Assembly (NCBI GenBank): GCA_947632135.1
Contig: CANRNZ010000003.1
Location: forward strand, 1-43,134
Direction of reading: 5' to 3'
DNA: 43,134 nt
From: an uncultured Clostridia bacterium
GTDB taxonomy: Bacteria; Bacillota; Clostridia; Oscillospirales; CAG-272
The notes beneath the pieces are model-generated. The model had not been told where the DNA came from. It saw only the letters and a list, made by a program, of their open reading frames with translations, and ran no database searches. This document shows positions 17,947 to 27,715 of this stretch, piece by piece. Positions within the stretch are counted from its first letter, which is position 1, and every line of letters begins with the position of its first letter. The translations under genes were made by a program, and so were the position numbers.

Positions 17947-18030
17947 CAGTGATTAGCGGTCAGTGGACAGTGAGCAGTGAGCAGAACGGAAACGATTTAC
18001 TGACCACTGACAATCGGTCGCTGACCGCTA
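17947..18030. repeat. Inverted heptamer-repeat hairpin
   Basis: CAGTGAT TAGCGGT CAGTGGA CAGTGAG CAGTGAG ... CTGACCA CTGACAA TCGGTCG CTGACCG CTA. Outer arms TAGCGGTCAGTG / CGCTGACCGCTA pair. Confidence 0.8.
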
Positions 18031-18055
18031 TTTCAATATATAGTGAGGTGGGAGA

Positions 18056-19801
18056 GTGAGCAAACGAAAGAAAATAATATGTATCGCGTCAGCAGGCGCG
18101 CTGTGTATCCTGCTCGTCGTCGCTTTGTTTTTTATACTTAAATCATGCAATAATAAAAGCGGCGCGGGACAGGACTCGGGCAGTTCAAGCTCCGATGATA
18201 CTGCCGCCTTGCCTGCGGTGACAGATGAGCCGTATATTTATGACGACGGAAATGTCGACCCCGAAAACGCAGAACTGAATACCGAAAGCGGAAAAAACAT
18301 AACCGCAGATGAAATTCAGCCCGAAAGCGGGAGAACAAACGGCGTTGACGTTTCAAAATGGCAGGGTAAAATCGACTGGCAGGCAGTCAAAAACAGCGGA
18401 ATGGATTTTGCATTCATTCGCATAGGATACAGAGGCGGCGACGGAAAAATATACAAGGACGACAACGCCGACTATAATATTCAAAAAGCAAGCGACGCGG
18501 GGCTTCTTGTGGGCGTGTATTTCTTCTCCACTGCGGTAAATAAAGACGAGGCAAGAGAAGAGGCGGAGTGGACTATAAACGCGATAAAGGGATACGCGAT
18601 ATCGTACCCCGTGGTTTACGACTGCGAGGGCTTCAGAAATCCCTCGAGCAGAATGCACAGCGTCAGCGCTATTGAAAGAACGGAGAACGCCGCGTCGTTT
18701 CTCGCCGCAGTTGAAAAAGCAGGGTACGAGCCGATGCTCTACGGCTCAAAAAACGAGCTTGAAAACAGCGCGTATTGGAATATTTCGGAGCTTGATACAA
18801 AATACATGGTCTGGGTCGCGCAGTACCCCGCCGTTACATATCCCGAAAAATCAAATCCCGACTACGGAAACAAATTCAGCGCGTGGCAGTATACAAATAT
18901 GGGCGCCGTCCCCGGAATCGACGGCAGCTGCGACCTTAGTGTATGTTATTTTGAAAGAAGCTACACGGCGCCAAAGGATACGTCTGTTTCACTCCCGCAG
19001 CCGAGCGTACCGCAAAGCGCCGAGGACAGAAAATATACGGCCGTCAGCGACACCGTAACTGCAAAGGACGAGACAAATCTGCGAAGCGCCGCCACAACGA
19101 AAAGCGACATTGTAGCCCTCCTCAAAAACGGTCAGACCGTAACGAGAACGGGAATCGGCTCAAACGGTTGGTCGAGGCTTGATTACAACGGACAAACGGT
19201 CTATGCGATAACAAGCTACCTTACGACAGACCTCACCCAAAGGCCTCAGGTCGATACAAATCCGAATCCGAATATAGTTGCGGGAAACACATTCACGGAA
19301 TGTAGCGACAGCGTGACCGCAAAGGAATTTGTAAATCTGAGAACTCTCCCGACGACTGAAAGCGACATCGCGGGAACCCTTTCCGCGGGACAGTTTCTTG
19401 AGAGAACCGGTACAAGCGACAAGGGCTGGTCAAGGCTTGTATACAACGGTCAGTCTGTATACGCCATAACAAGCTATCTTACGACCGAATACTCGACGGA
19501 TGAACCGTCGACCGAGACGGACGACGCAACCGAATATAACGATTTTGAGCCGACAAACGACAACGTTACGGCAAAAATCGAAACAAATCTCAGAACGGCT
19601 CCCTCCACAGTCGACTCTCAGGTCGTATATACCCTTAAAAACGGGGAGTTCGTACACAGAATAGGAATAAGCGTCAAAGGCTGGTCAAAGCTCGAATATA
19701 ACGGACAGATAGTTTACGCCGTATCAAGCTATCTTACGACAGATACAGCGCAGAGCACAGACACAGCGTCCGAAAACGGCGAGACGACAAGCGGGACTTG
19801 A
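18056..19801 (+). CDS. Membrane-anchored GH25 muramidase with three SH3b domains
   Basis: N-terminal TM helix; GVDVSKWQG, VVYDCEG, WVAQY, WQYT; three repeats of VTAK..NLR..P....GWS(R/K)L.YNGQ.VYA(I/V)(T/S)SYLTT. Confidence 0.92.
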   Translation: MSKRKKIICIASAGALCILLVVALFFILKSCNNKSGAGQDSGSSSSDDTAALPAVTDEPYIYDDGNVDPENAELNTESGKNITADEIQPESGRTNGVDVSKWQGKIDWQAVKNSGMDFAFIRIGYRGGDGKIYKDDNADYNIQKASDAGLLVGVYFFSTAVNKDEAREEAEWTINAIKGYAISYPVVYDCEGFRNPSSRMHSVSAIERTENAASFLAAVEKAGYEPMLYGSKNELENSAYWNISELDTKYMVWVAQYPAVTYPEKSNPDYGNKFSAWQYTNMGAVPGIDGSCDLSVCYFERSYTAPKDTSVSLPQPSVPQSAEDRKYTAVSDTVTAKDETNLRSAATTKSDIVALLKNGQTVTRTGIGSNGWSRLDYNGQTVYAITSYLTTDLTQRPQVDTNPNPNIVAGNTFTECSDSVTAKEFVNLRTLPTTESDIAGTLSAGQFLERTGTSDKGWSRLVYNGQSVYAITSYLTTEYSTDEPSTETDDATEYNDFEPTNDNVTAKIETNLRTAPSTVDSQVVYTLKNGEFVHRIGISVKGWSKLEYNGQIVYAVSSYLTTDTAQSTDTASENGETTSGT

Positions 19802-19846
19802 CCTTACTTACAAAAATTTACAAAAATAATAATAAAAAAATTAAAG

Positions 19847-19878
19847 AATCCCGTCGGGCTTTCACCCGACGGGATTTT
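19847..19878. terminator. Terminator between convergent GH25 and DUF4430 genes
   Basis: AATCCCGTCGGG-ctttca-CCCGACGGGATTTT. Confidence 0.85.
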
Positions 19879-19926
19879 GCGTTTTGGCTTATTAACTTAT
19901 AATATTTTCCGGCGGGAGCGGCATAA

Positions 19927-20427
19927 TCAATTGCCGGATTCATCCGCTGAATCATACACGTTGTCCTGACGGGGTCTTGAATCCTGAATGAAATCAAATG
20001 TCAGAACGTCGCCCTCGTATATTTCGACCTCGCTCTGTCTGCCTGTCGTTGTGGGGTTGCCGTTTATACTGCATCTCCAATAGGCATAGTAACCAGTAGT
20101 TGCGTCAGTCTCGGACCTTTCGGCAATGCCGTTTACCATTCCGACGCTGTATCCGTCGGCGGTGAGAGCGTAGCCGTTTTCAAAGTCGAGCTCAATCAGA
20201 GCGCTCTCCGCAGCGGCAAGCGCGGTCGGCGGGTTGCCTTTTACCGTAACGGGCATGTGCCCTATCTCCTGTGTGCTTGTAACCTTGTTGTTTTCATCGT
20301 ATTTTACGACGTTGAAATAAACGGTCACATTGGCCTCCGTTGCAGAGCACGAGCAAAGCGCGACGCCGAGAATTACGGTGACAAGCGCAAGCGCTATCAG
20401 TCTTCTTATTTTGATAAAGCTTTTCAT
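19927..20427 (-). CDS. Lipoprotein with DUF4430 (transcobalamin-like C-terminal) domain
   Basis: Lipobox ALCSC; VNGIAE...YYAYWRCSING...G....EIYEGDVLTF resembles the DUF4430 signature. Confidence 0.68.
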   Translation of the reverse strand: MKSFIKIRRLIALALVTVILGVALCSCSATEANVTVYFNVVKYDENNKVTSTQEIGHMPVTVKGNPPTALAAAESALIELDFENGYALTADGYSVGMVNGIAERSETDATTGYYAYWRCSINGNPTTTGRQSEVEIYEGDVLTFDFIQDSRPRQDNVYDSADESGN

Positions 20428-20498
20428 AAAGATACCTCCGAAAGTAAATCATGCGATTATTGCATATACTTTGCTTTATTTCACATTATTTCATATAA

Positions 20499-20527
20499 AG
20501 TATATAACATTTTACGCCCGTTGTCAA
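20499..20527 (-). promoter_or_regulatory. sigmaA promoter of the DUF4430 gene
   Basis: TTGACA (20527-20522), 17 bp, TATACT (20504-20499). Confidence 0.7.
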
Positions 20528-20592
20528 TAAAATCAAAGCAAATATACCAAAGCTTATTTATAAGGCATTATTTTTTAATATCTCGTGCTGTC

Positions 20593-23415
20593 TCAGTTGT
20601 CCTTTTTATCGTTATTAGCGTTATTTTTGTCATTATTATTGTCTTTATTGTCTTTATCGTCTTTCTCCGTATCCTTCGAGCCGTCGGAGCTTTCGGTATC
20701 GGGCTTCGTTGTATACTTTTCGGGGTGATCCCATCTGTCGAAATTGGTATGCAGAATACAGTAACAGTTGTACTGTCTGTCGCTGCTTGAAATCCCGGGG
20801 AATTTCGCGCCCATTGCCGCCTGGAAGAACGGGACCTGAAGCGATGTGGACGGCTTCATTGAGGGGAGTATATCGCGGTAGGTGTACTGCGCGTCGGAAA
20901 TATATATCTGATAGTCCATATCGCGCTTTATGTTAAGAAGTCCGACCTTCTTCACACTGCCCGCGGGACAGTCGGGCCCCGCGACTCCGCCGCCTGCCGT
21001 GCAGTAGTCGACAAGTGTGTGTACGTTGCAGGGCTGAGTGGGTTTTGTCGCCTCGGTGAAGTATCCCGTTTCGGCGCGGCTTCCTCTTGGGTCGGCGTAG
21101 CACGCCTCGGTCATAAGAAGTCCCGAATCCTTGCAGTAGGTGCATGTGATGACGCCCGACGCCTCGTTAAAGGTTTTGAGAGGCTCGCCGCCCGCATTTG
21201 CCTCGTCGATATACTTTTGATGAAGCTTTGTCATAATATTGTCCCAAAGGGACACTGCGGGATTGCTTCTGAACTCGGAAAGGGACTGGTTAAGGTCATA
21301 TCCGAACCATACACCTCCGACATAGTACGGCGTAAATCCGATATACCATCTGTCATAGTCCTCCTGGGTCGTACCTGTTTTTCCAGCGCAGTTCACATAA
21401 TTTTTAAGAGTCAAATTCGCGGCTGTACCCGTGGAGACGACCTCTCCGAGCATCTTTGTCATAATCGACGCCGACTGGGAGCTGATTACTATTTCCTGGT
21501 TCAGGGGATTTTCGAGAAGAACCTCTCCGAAGCTGTCCGTCACTTTTTTCCAAAGTCTCGATTCGGAGAAAATGCCGTCGTTTACGAAAATGGAGTACGC
21601 GTTTGTCAGCTCCTGAACAGTAAGTCCGAAGGAGAGCTGTCCGAGCGCAAGCGGCGCCCTGTCCTTATCGGTAACTATAGTCCCCCTTGAGGTTTCATAC
21701 GACTCAACAAGACTTTTAATTTGAAGCCTGTTGTACAAAAAGTCAAAGGAGGTGTCAACGGACAGAAGGTCGAGCGTCCTCATTGCCACGGTGTTCTTCG
21801 ATACTCTGATACCCTCGTGTATCGTCGTCAGTCCTGCGTACGTGTTCGGAGCGTTTCTCGGGTACGGAACAGTTCCGTTGAACATAAGAGGGCTGTCGTC
21901 TATTGCCGTGCCGTATGTGATAATACCCGCGTCAAGAGCGGGAGCGTAGACCGAAACGGGCTTGATTGACGAACCTGCCGGTCTTTTGGACTGCGTGGCG
22001 CGGTTCAGTATTCTGTTTCCTATCTTCTCTCCCCTGCCACCGACAAGGCCGAGAACGTCGCCCGTATAAGGGTCTGTTATTACCATCGCCGCCTCGGGCT
22101 GTTCCGCGGTCGATGCGTATAAAAAGTTCTCCTCGGTGTCGTTTTTAAAGACATTCTCCATTGTCGTCTGAACGTCGTAGTCCATAGCGGTATATATCTG
22201 AAGTCCGCCGTTGTATATCATCATGCTCGCGACATACTCCGAATAGCCGTACTGCTCCATCAGAGCGTCTCTTACCGACGTAAAAACGGCGTCGGTATAC
22301 CATGAGTTTACGTCCCGCACGGCGGACGTGCCCTTGTTTGCCGTGACGACAAGCTCGGTGCTCGTCGCCTCAAGGTACTCGGCCTCCGTTATCTTTCCGT
22401 ACTGCCACATCATATACAGTACGTCGTTGCGGCGCGACCTGTTTCCGTCCTCCTTGTCCTCGCCGGTCTCATCGTCGTGGTAGAATACGACGTCATGGCG
22501 CAGAGGCTCGTATTTCGACGGATTTTTAACTATCGCGGCAAGAGACGCGCACTCAACGAGAGACAGCTCGCTGACGTCCTTGTCAAAATAGAAGTTAGCC
22601 GCCGCCTGAACGCCTGTACAGTTGTTTGACAAAAAGACGATGTTGAGATACATCTCCATTATCTCCGTCTTGTCAAGCTGATTTTCAAGATAGAGCGCCC
22701 TGAATATTTCCTGGACCTTACGCTGTATTGTCACCTCGTCCTCGCCCGTCAGATTTTTTATAATCTGCTGGGTTATGGTCGAGCCTCCGAAGTCACCGTC
22801 GCCGAAAAAGAATCCTGCGACGGCTTTCGTCGTGCGCACCCAGTCGACGCCGTTGTGGGACCAGAATCTGTGGTCCTCGATTGACGTGAAGGCGTCAATC
22901 AGCTCCTGCGGGAACTGGTCGTAGGACGCCCATATACTGTTGTCGGAGCCGTGGAGCCGCTGGTTTTCTATTTCGACGTCTACCCCGTTTGAATTTATCC
23001 TGTCCTCTTCGGTCTCGTACTTTGTGTAAAAGATTCTCGTCGTCGTATCGGAGCCTTTTGTTACGAGAAGCGATGTGTCGATGGTCGGGTCGACGTAATC
23101 CTTGATGTAGAGGGCAAAAACAGTACCGACAATTATACCCGTTATCATTCCTATCAGTATAATCGTAAGCACAATATTGAGGAGAGTCGTCAGAACTCTG
23201 CAGGATATTTTTCCGAAAATCCGCAGTCTTTTCTTTACATCTTCCCTCTTTTTTTCCGCCGCGGCGTCACTTTCCGAATCGCCCGAATTTCTCGGATTAT
23301 CGGGAATATTCGGATTGTTCGGATTATTAGAAATATTTTGATTATTTTTATTATTTGAAATATTTGAATTATTCGAAATATTCGAAATATTGTTTTCCGG
23401 TTTTTCTCTGTTCAA
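20593..23415 (-). CDS. Class A penicillin-binding protein (PBP1A family) with repeat-rich termini and Cys-rich C-terminal region
   Basis: GT51 motifs EDHRFWSHNGVD, GGSTITQQ, RKVQE, YLN; transpeptidase SSIK, SKN, KTGT. Confidence 0.95.
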   Translation of the reverse strand: MNREKPENNISNISNNSNISNNKNNQNISNNPNNPNIPDNPRNSGDSESDAAAEKKREDVKKRLRIFGKISCRVLTTLLNIVLTIILIGMITGIIVGTVFALYIKDYVDPTIDTSLLVTKGSDTTTRIFYTKYETEEDRINSNGVDVEIENQRLHGSDNSIWASYDQFPQELIDAFTSIEDHRFWSHNGVDWVRTTKAVAGFFFGDGDFGGSTITQQIIKNLTGEDEVTIQRKVQEIFRALYLENQLDKTEIMEMYLNIVFLSNNCTGVQAAANFYFDKDVSELSLVECASLAAIVKNPSKYEPLRHDVVFYHDDETGEDKEDGNRSRRNDVLYMMWQYGKITEAEYLEATSTELVVTANKGTSAVRDVNSWYTDAVFTSVRDALMEQYGYSEYVASMMIYNGGLQIYTAMDYDVQTTMENVFKNDTEENFLYASTAEQPEAAMVITDPYTGDVLGLVGGRGEKIGNRILNRATQSKRPAGSSIKPVSVYAPALDAGIITYGTAIDDSPLMFNGTVPYPRNAPNTYAGLTTIHEGIRVSKNTVAMRTLDLLSVDTSFDFLYNRLQIKSLVESYETSRGTIVTDKDRAPLALGQLSFGLTVQELTNAYSIFVNDGIFSESRLWKKVTDSFGEVLLENPLNQEIVISSQSASIMTKMLGEVVSTGTAANLTLKNYVNCAGKTGTTQEDYDRWYIGFTPYYVGGVWFGYDLNQSLSEFRSNPAVSLWDNIMTKLHQKYIDEANAGGEPLKTFNEASGVITCTYCKDSGLLMTEACYADPRGSRAETGYFTEATKPTQPCNVHTLVDYCTAGGGVAGPDCPAGSVKKVGLLNIKRDMDYQIYISDAQYTYRDILPSMKPSTSLQVPFFQAAMGAKFPGISSSDRQYNCYCILHTNFDRWDHPEKYTTKPDTESSDGSKDTEKDDKDNKDNNNDKNNANNDKKDN

Positions 23416-23643
23416 GCGAGCACCTTCCTTCGTCAGAGGATAAATACAAGATTATTTAAAGAAGTAATATTTAACAACAGAAAAAGCATTATCGAAGTAT
23501 TTATATTACCATATGTTTTTGGACATACTGTTAATAAACACGGCTTTTTGAAATTTTAAATATTAAGATTTTATTATTTTTATATTTACGTAACAACATA
23601 TATATCATTATACCTTTAAATCATAAAAGCGCAAGAGGAAAAA

Positions 23644-24000
23644 ATGAAAAAAAGGACAGTTTTTTTAACGCTGGCAGCAGCCGCCGTCCTGTCGCTCGCC
23701 GCCGCAGGCTCCGACCTGACGCTCGGTAAAACAAGCCGATACAAAACGGAACTTGAAAGCGCAAATGACGCATACGATTCAAGCGTTCCCGCTTTTGATA
23801 CGGAAAAAATTCAAAACGTCTATACGGTAAGAGAATACCGCGAAAAAATAGGCATATTCAAAAACGGCGAATCGGAGCCTTACGCAGTGCTTGATATTTA
23901 CACCTTTATTCTTCCCGAGAAAGACCGCGAGCTTTTAAAGAACGGGTTTCTTGTTGACGAGGACATGCTCTACAGAGTCATTGAGGACTATACTGGTTAA
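23644..24000 (+). CDS. Exported protein with BofC C-terminal domain (sporulation-associated family)
   Basis: Signal peptide; YTVREYREKIGIF...LPEKDRELLKNG...IEDYTG matches the BofC_C pattern. Confidence 0.72.
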   Translation: MKKRTVFLTLAAAAVLSLAAAGSDLTLGKTSRYKTELESANDAYDSSVPAFDTEKIQNVYTVREYREKIGIFKNGESEPYAVLDIYTFILPEKDRELLKNGFLVDEDMLYRVIEDYTG

Positions 24001-24043
24001 AGCTTTACGGCTTGTATGTTTTATTGCGCCGCTTAGCTTACTG

Positions 24044-27000
24044 TTATTTGTATACCGCTCCGCCCTCACCGACGTATTCGCAAAGAAGCCTTATAAGACT
24101 GTCCGTGACATTTACGCAAAGTCCCTTTTCTCTCACATATTTTTTCTTTTTTTCACTGTAAAAAACCACATCCGCATCGCCGGGAAATTTCAGCGCCGCG
24201 TCTCTGACTTTTTTGTACATCGGAGTGTCCGTGTCGTCTATTTTAATATACAGCGTGTGTCTTTTTTTGTCGCTCTCCGTTGTATTTGCTGATTCTTTTG
24301 GCTCGGAATTTTCAATCAGCTTTTCTATTTTATCTCCGATAATCGATACGTCGTCGTCCTTAACCGATACTGCGCCGCGCACAAGCACGGCGGAGTCGCT
24401 CGTCAGGAGGTGCCCGACTTTGGAGAGCAGATTCGGAAATACCACGACCTCGATTTCGCCCGTCTTGTCCTCAAGAGTTATAAAAGCCATCGGCTCACCG
24501 TTTCTGGTGTTCTTGTTTACTCTTTTGTTTATTATTCCCGCAATGCACACCTTGCTGCCGTCGTGAAATGTCGGCGCGGCGCTTTTTTCGGAATTTTCGA
24601 AGCTTTCGGAGTTTTCAAAGCTTTCGGAATTTTCCGAGTTTTCGGACTGTTCGGCAAAATCTTTCGCGAAGGCTTTTTTTATTTTCTTTATATCGCACGC
24701 CCCCGCCCTTTCGATATGAGAGCTGTAACGCTCGACGGGACTGCCGCTGAGATACATTCCGAGGCTTTCCCTCTCGTACCTCAGCTTTTGAGCGGTATCG
24801 AGCTCGGGGAAATCGGGAATTGCAAATTTAGTACCGAATGACCGTCCGCTCTCTCCGAGAACGGACATAATATCGAGCTGCCCGTCAAGCTTTGCGGACG
24901 AGAGACTTTTGTTCTCGGCAACCTTATCCGAAAGAGCGAGCAGACAGCTTCTTTTTATTCCGAAGCAGTCAAGAGCGCCGGACTTCACGAGCGTTTCGTA
25001 CTGCCGCCTGTTTATATCGGATTTTTCCGTTCTATGGATAAAATCGTCAAAGGACATATATTTTCCGCCGACAGCGCGTTCATTCACGATAAAATCCGCA
25101 AGAGGACGTCCGAGATTTACTATTGCAGAAAGAGCGTACCGAATCGAGCCGTTTTCAACGTGAAACTTCTGAAAGCCTGAATTTACGTCGGGTGGCAGTA
25201 TGTCTATCCCGCGTCTGCGGCACTCGGAAATATACTCCGACGACATTTCGGAGTTCATAAGAGCGCAGTAGTACTCGGTCATATAGTTGGCTTTAAGATA
25301 CGCTGTTCTGTAAGCCGTGACTGCGTACGCCGTCGCATGGCTTTTGTTGAAGGCGTAGCTTGAAAATCCCTCTATATCGGAAAAAATCTTTTCCGCTGTC
25401 TCCTCGGGCACTCCGTTTTCGGCGGCGCCCTTTATGAACTCCCCGCGCTCGCTCTCTATAACGTCCGCTTTTTTCTTTTTTATGGCGCGGCGCACATTGT
25501 CGGCACGGCTGAAGGAATATCCCGCAAGGTCGCGGAATATCTGCGTCACCTGCTCCTGATACACAAGGCACCCGTATGTCGGAGCGAGAATCGGCTCCAA
25601 AAGCGGGGTGTCGTATTTTATCCTGCTTTTGTCGCGCTTGTTTTCAGCATAGGCGTCCACCGCCCCCGCCTTCATAGGTCCCGGTCGGTAGAGCGCTATG
25701 GCGGCCACTATGTCGTCAAAGCTTTCCGGTCTCATTTGCGTGAGCTTTGCGCGCATACCCGGAGAGTTCAGCTGGAAAACGCCCTCTGTGTTGCCCTTAC
25801 ATATCATTTTAAATGTTTTTTTGTCGTCAAACGGGATTTTTTCAATATCAAATAGAGAATCCTTTTCCCTTATCTGCCGCTCCGCTTCCGCTATTACAGT
25901 AAGATATCTTATGCCGAGAAAGTCAAATTTCAAAAGCCCCAGCTCGGCTATCGTGTCCATGTCGAACTGAGTCAGAGGATTGCCGCCCGTCGCCGCTATC
26001 GGGACATATTCGTACACAGGCTTGTCCGTTATAACGACGCCCGCCGCGTGGGTCGAGATGTGCCTCGGCATTCCCTCGAGCGCCATCGAGATATCCACGA
26101 GCTTTTTGATTTGCGGCTCCGAGTTGTATCTTTCCGAAAGATTTTTTTCTTTTTCAAGAGATTTCTCAAGCGTTATTTTTGGATCCTTCGGTATCATCTT
26201 TGCCACTGTGTCAACAGTTCCGTAAGACATTCCGAGCGCGCGCCCGACGTCGCGTATAACCGCTCTCGCCGACATTGAGCCGAAGGTTATTATCTGCGAG
26301 ACTCTGTCGTCCCCGTACTTTGACTTTACGTATTCTATGACCTCCTCGCGCCTGTTGTCTGCAAAATCAATGTCAAAGTCAGGCATACTGACTCTGTCTT
26401 CGTTGAGAAAGCTTTCGAATATAAGATTGTATTTCAGTGAATCAATATCGGTAATACCTATGAGATATGCTACGAGACTGCCTGCGCCCGAGCCTCTCCC
26501 GGGGCCGACAGCGATCTTATTTCGACGCGCGTAGTTTACAAAATCCCATACAATGAGAAAATATTCCGAGTATCCCATTTTATTTATTACGGACAACTCA
26601 TAATCCGTTCTGGAAAGGTAATCGGACTCGGTATGTCCGTTTCCGAGCCTGATTTTACCCGCTTTTATTTTGTCCTCGTACCCCGAGTACGCAAGCTGTT
26701 TTAAATAATCTGCCGCGTCGGCGTTATCGGGACATGTAAAGCGCGGGAGATATGTTTTTGTAAAATCAAAATCGAAATTGCACATTTCGGCAATTTTGAC
26801 AGTGTTTTCAAGCGCCCCGTCGTATGCGGAAAAGAGAGCTTTCATCTCCTCGGTCGACTTGTAGTAGTATTCGTCCGTCTCAAAGCCGATTGGGCGCCCG
26901 TCTGCTATAACATTGTTTGTCTGTATGCAAAGAAGAATTGCCTGATACTCGGCGTGCTTTTTTTCTATATAGTGTACGTCGTTTGTCGCGACGAGAGGTA

Positions 27001-27592
27001 TTCCCGTTTCGCGGGAGATATTCAGTATTCCCTCGTTCACTCTTTTTTGTTCGGGGATACCGTGGTCCTGAATTTCAAGATAAAAGCTGTCAGCTCCGAA
27101 GATGTTCCGCATTTTCAGCGCCATAGTTTTTGCGCTCTCGTAAAGATTTGAAAGTATCATTTGCGGAATATATCCCGCAAGACATGCCGACAGCGCGACA
27201 AGCCCCTCGCTGTGCGCTTCGAGCAGCTTCATGTCGATTCTCGGCTTTGAATAAAATCCGTCGGTAAAGGACTTTGATACCATATATATTAGGTTCTTAT
27301 AGCCCGTTTCGTTTTTGACGAGGAGAACAAGGTGATAGTACCCGCCGGAAGACTTGTTTTTTTCAAGCATGGAGCCCGCGGCAACGTAAACCTCGCACCC
27401 GATTATCGGCTTTATTCCCTCTTTTTTGCACGCCTTGTAAAAATCCACAACGCCGTACATTGCGCCATGGTCTGTTATCGCGACGGCGGTGTGCCCGCAC
27501 GCCTTCGCCGCTTTCGGTATTTCCCGAATACGGCACGCGCCGTCAAGAAGGCTGTATTCACTGTGTAAATGCAAATGCACGAAAGTGTCCAA
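24044..27592 (-). CDS. dnaE: DNA polymerase III alpha subunit (DnaE)
   Basis: FVHLHLHSEYSLLDG, AITDHG, GPGRGSGAGS, MPDFDIDF, KFDFLG, YAFNKSHA, OB fold; TTG start after GGAGG. Confidence 0.98.
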   Translation of the reverse strand: MDTFVHLHLHSEYSLLDGACRIREIPKAAKACGHTAVAITDHGAMYGVVDFYKACKKEGIKPIIGCEVYVAAGSMLEKNKSSGGYYHLVLLVKNETGYKNLIYMVSKSFTDGFYSKPRIDMKLLEAHSEGLVALSACLAGYIPQMILSNLYESAKTMALKMRNIFGADSFYLEIQDHGIPEQKRVNEGILNISRETGIPLVATNDVHYIEKKHAEYQAILLCIQTNNVIADGRPIGFETDEYYYKSTEEMKALFSAYDGALENTVKIAEMCNFDFDFTKTYLPRFTCPDNADAADYLKQLAYSGYEDKIKAGKIRLGNGHTESDYLSRTDYELSVINKMGYSEYFLIVWDFVNYARRNKIAVGPGRGSGAGSLVAYLIGITDIDSLKYNLIFESFLNEDRVSMPDFDIDFADNRREEVIEYVKSKYGDDRVSQIITFGSMSARAVIRDVGRALGMSYGTVDTVAKMIPKDPKITLEKSLEKEKNLSERYNSEPQIKKLVDISMALEGMPRHISTHAAGVVITDKPVYEYVPIAATGGNPLTQFDMDTIAELGLLKFDFLGIRYLTVIAEAERQIREKDSLFDIEKIPFDDKKTFKMICKGNTEGVFQLNSPGMRAKLTQMRPESFDDIVAAIALYRPGPMKAGAVDAYAENKRDKSRIKYDTPLLEPILAPTYGCLVYQEQVTQIFRDLAGYSFSRADNVRRAIKKKKADVIESERGEFIKGAAENGVPEETAEKIFSDIEGFSSYAFNKSHATAYAVTAYRTAYLKANYMTEYYCALMNSEMSSEYISECRRRGIDILPPDVNSGFQKFHVENGSIRYALSAIVNLGRPLADFIVNERAVGGKYMSFDDFIHRTEKSDINRRQYETLVKSGALDCFGIKRSCLLALSDKVAENKSLSSAKLDGQLDIMSVLGESGRSFGTKFAIPDFPELDTAQKLRYERESLGMYLSGSPVERYSSHIERAGACDIKKIKKAFAKDFAEQSENSENSESFENSESFENSEKSAAPTFHDGSKVCIAGIINKRVNKNTRNGEPMAFITLEDKTGEIEVVVFPNLLSKVGHLLTSDSAVLVRGAVSVKDDDVSIIGDKIEKLIENSEPKESANTTESDKKRHTLYIKIDDTDTPMYKKVRDAALKFPGDADVVFYSEKKKKYVREKGLCVNVTDSLIRLLCEYVGEGGAVYK
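24584..24655 (-). repeat. 9-nt tandem array inside dnaE encoding EQS-ENS-ENS-ESF-ENS-ESF-ENS-EKS
   Basis: Seen in DNA and translation, just before the OB-fold domain. Confidence 0.92.
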
Positions 27593-27715
27593 ATCAATTC
27601 CTCCGACCGCGCAGATTTAAAAATAAAACGTAAAAACTTAAAAGCGAAAAAGAAAATCGGTTGTATTGGTTGTATAGATTGTATTGGTTGAATTAAGCCG
27701 TAAAGCCGTGCGGCG

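Noticed and set aside
19030-19745. Three similar DNA segments as a possible DGR template/variable repeat or CRISPR
   Set aside because: They are in-frame SH3b domain repeats with ordinary synonymous divergence. There is no adenine-specific pattern and no reverse transcriptase or cas gene.
24584-24655. Intein in DnaE
   Set aside because: The insertion is only about 24 aa of simple repeat, with no C/S...HN splice motifs.
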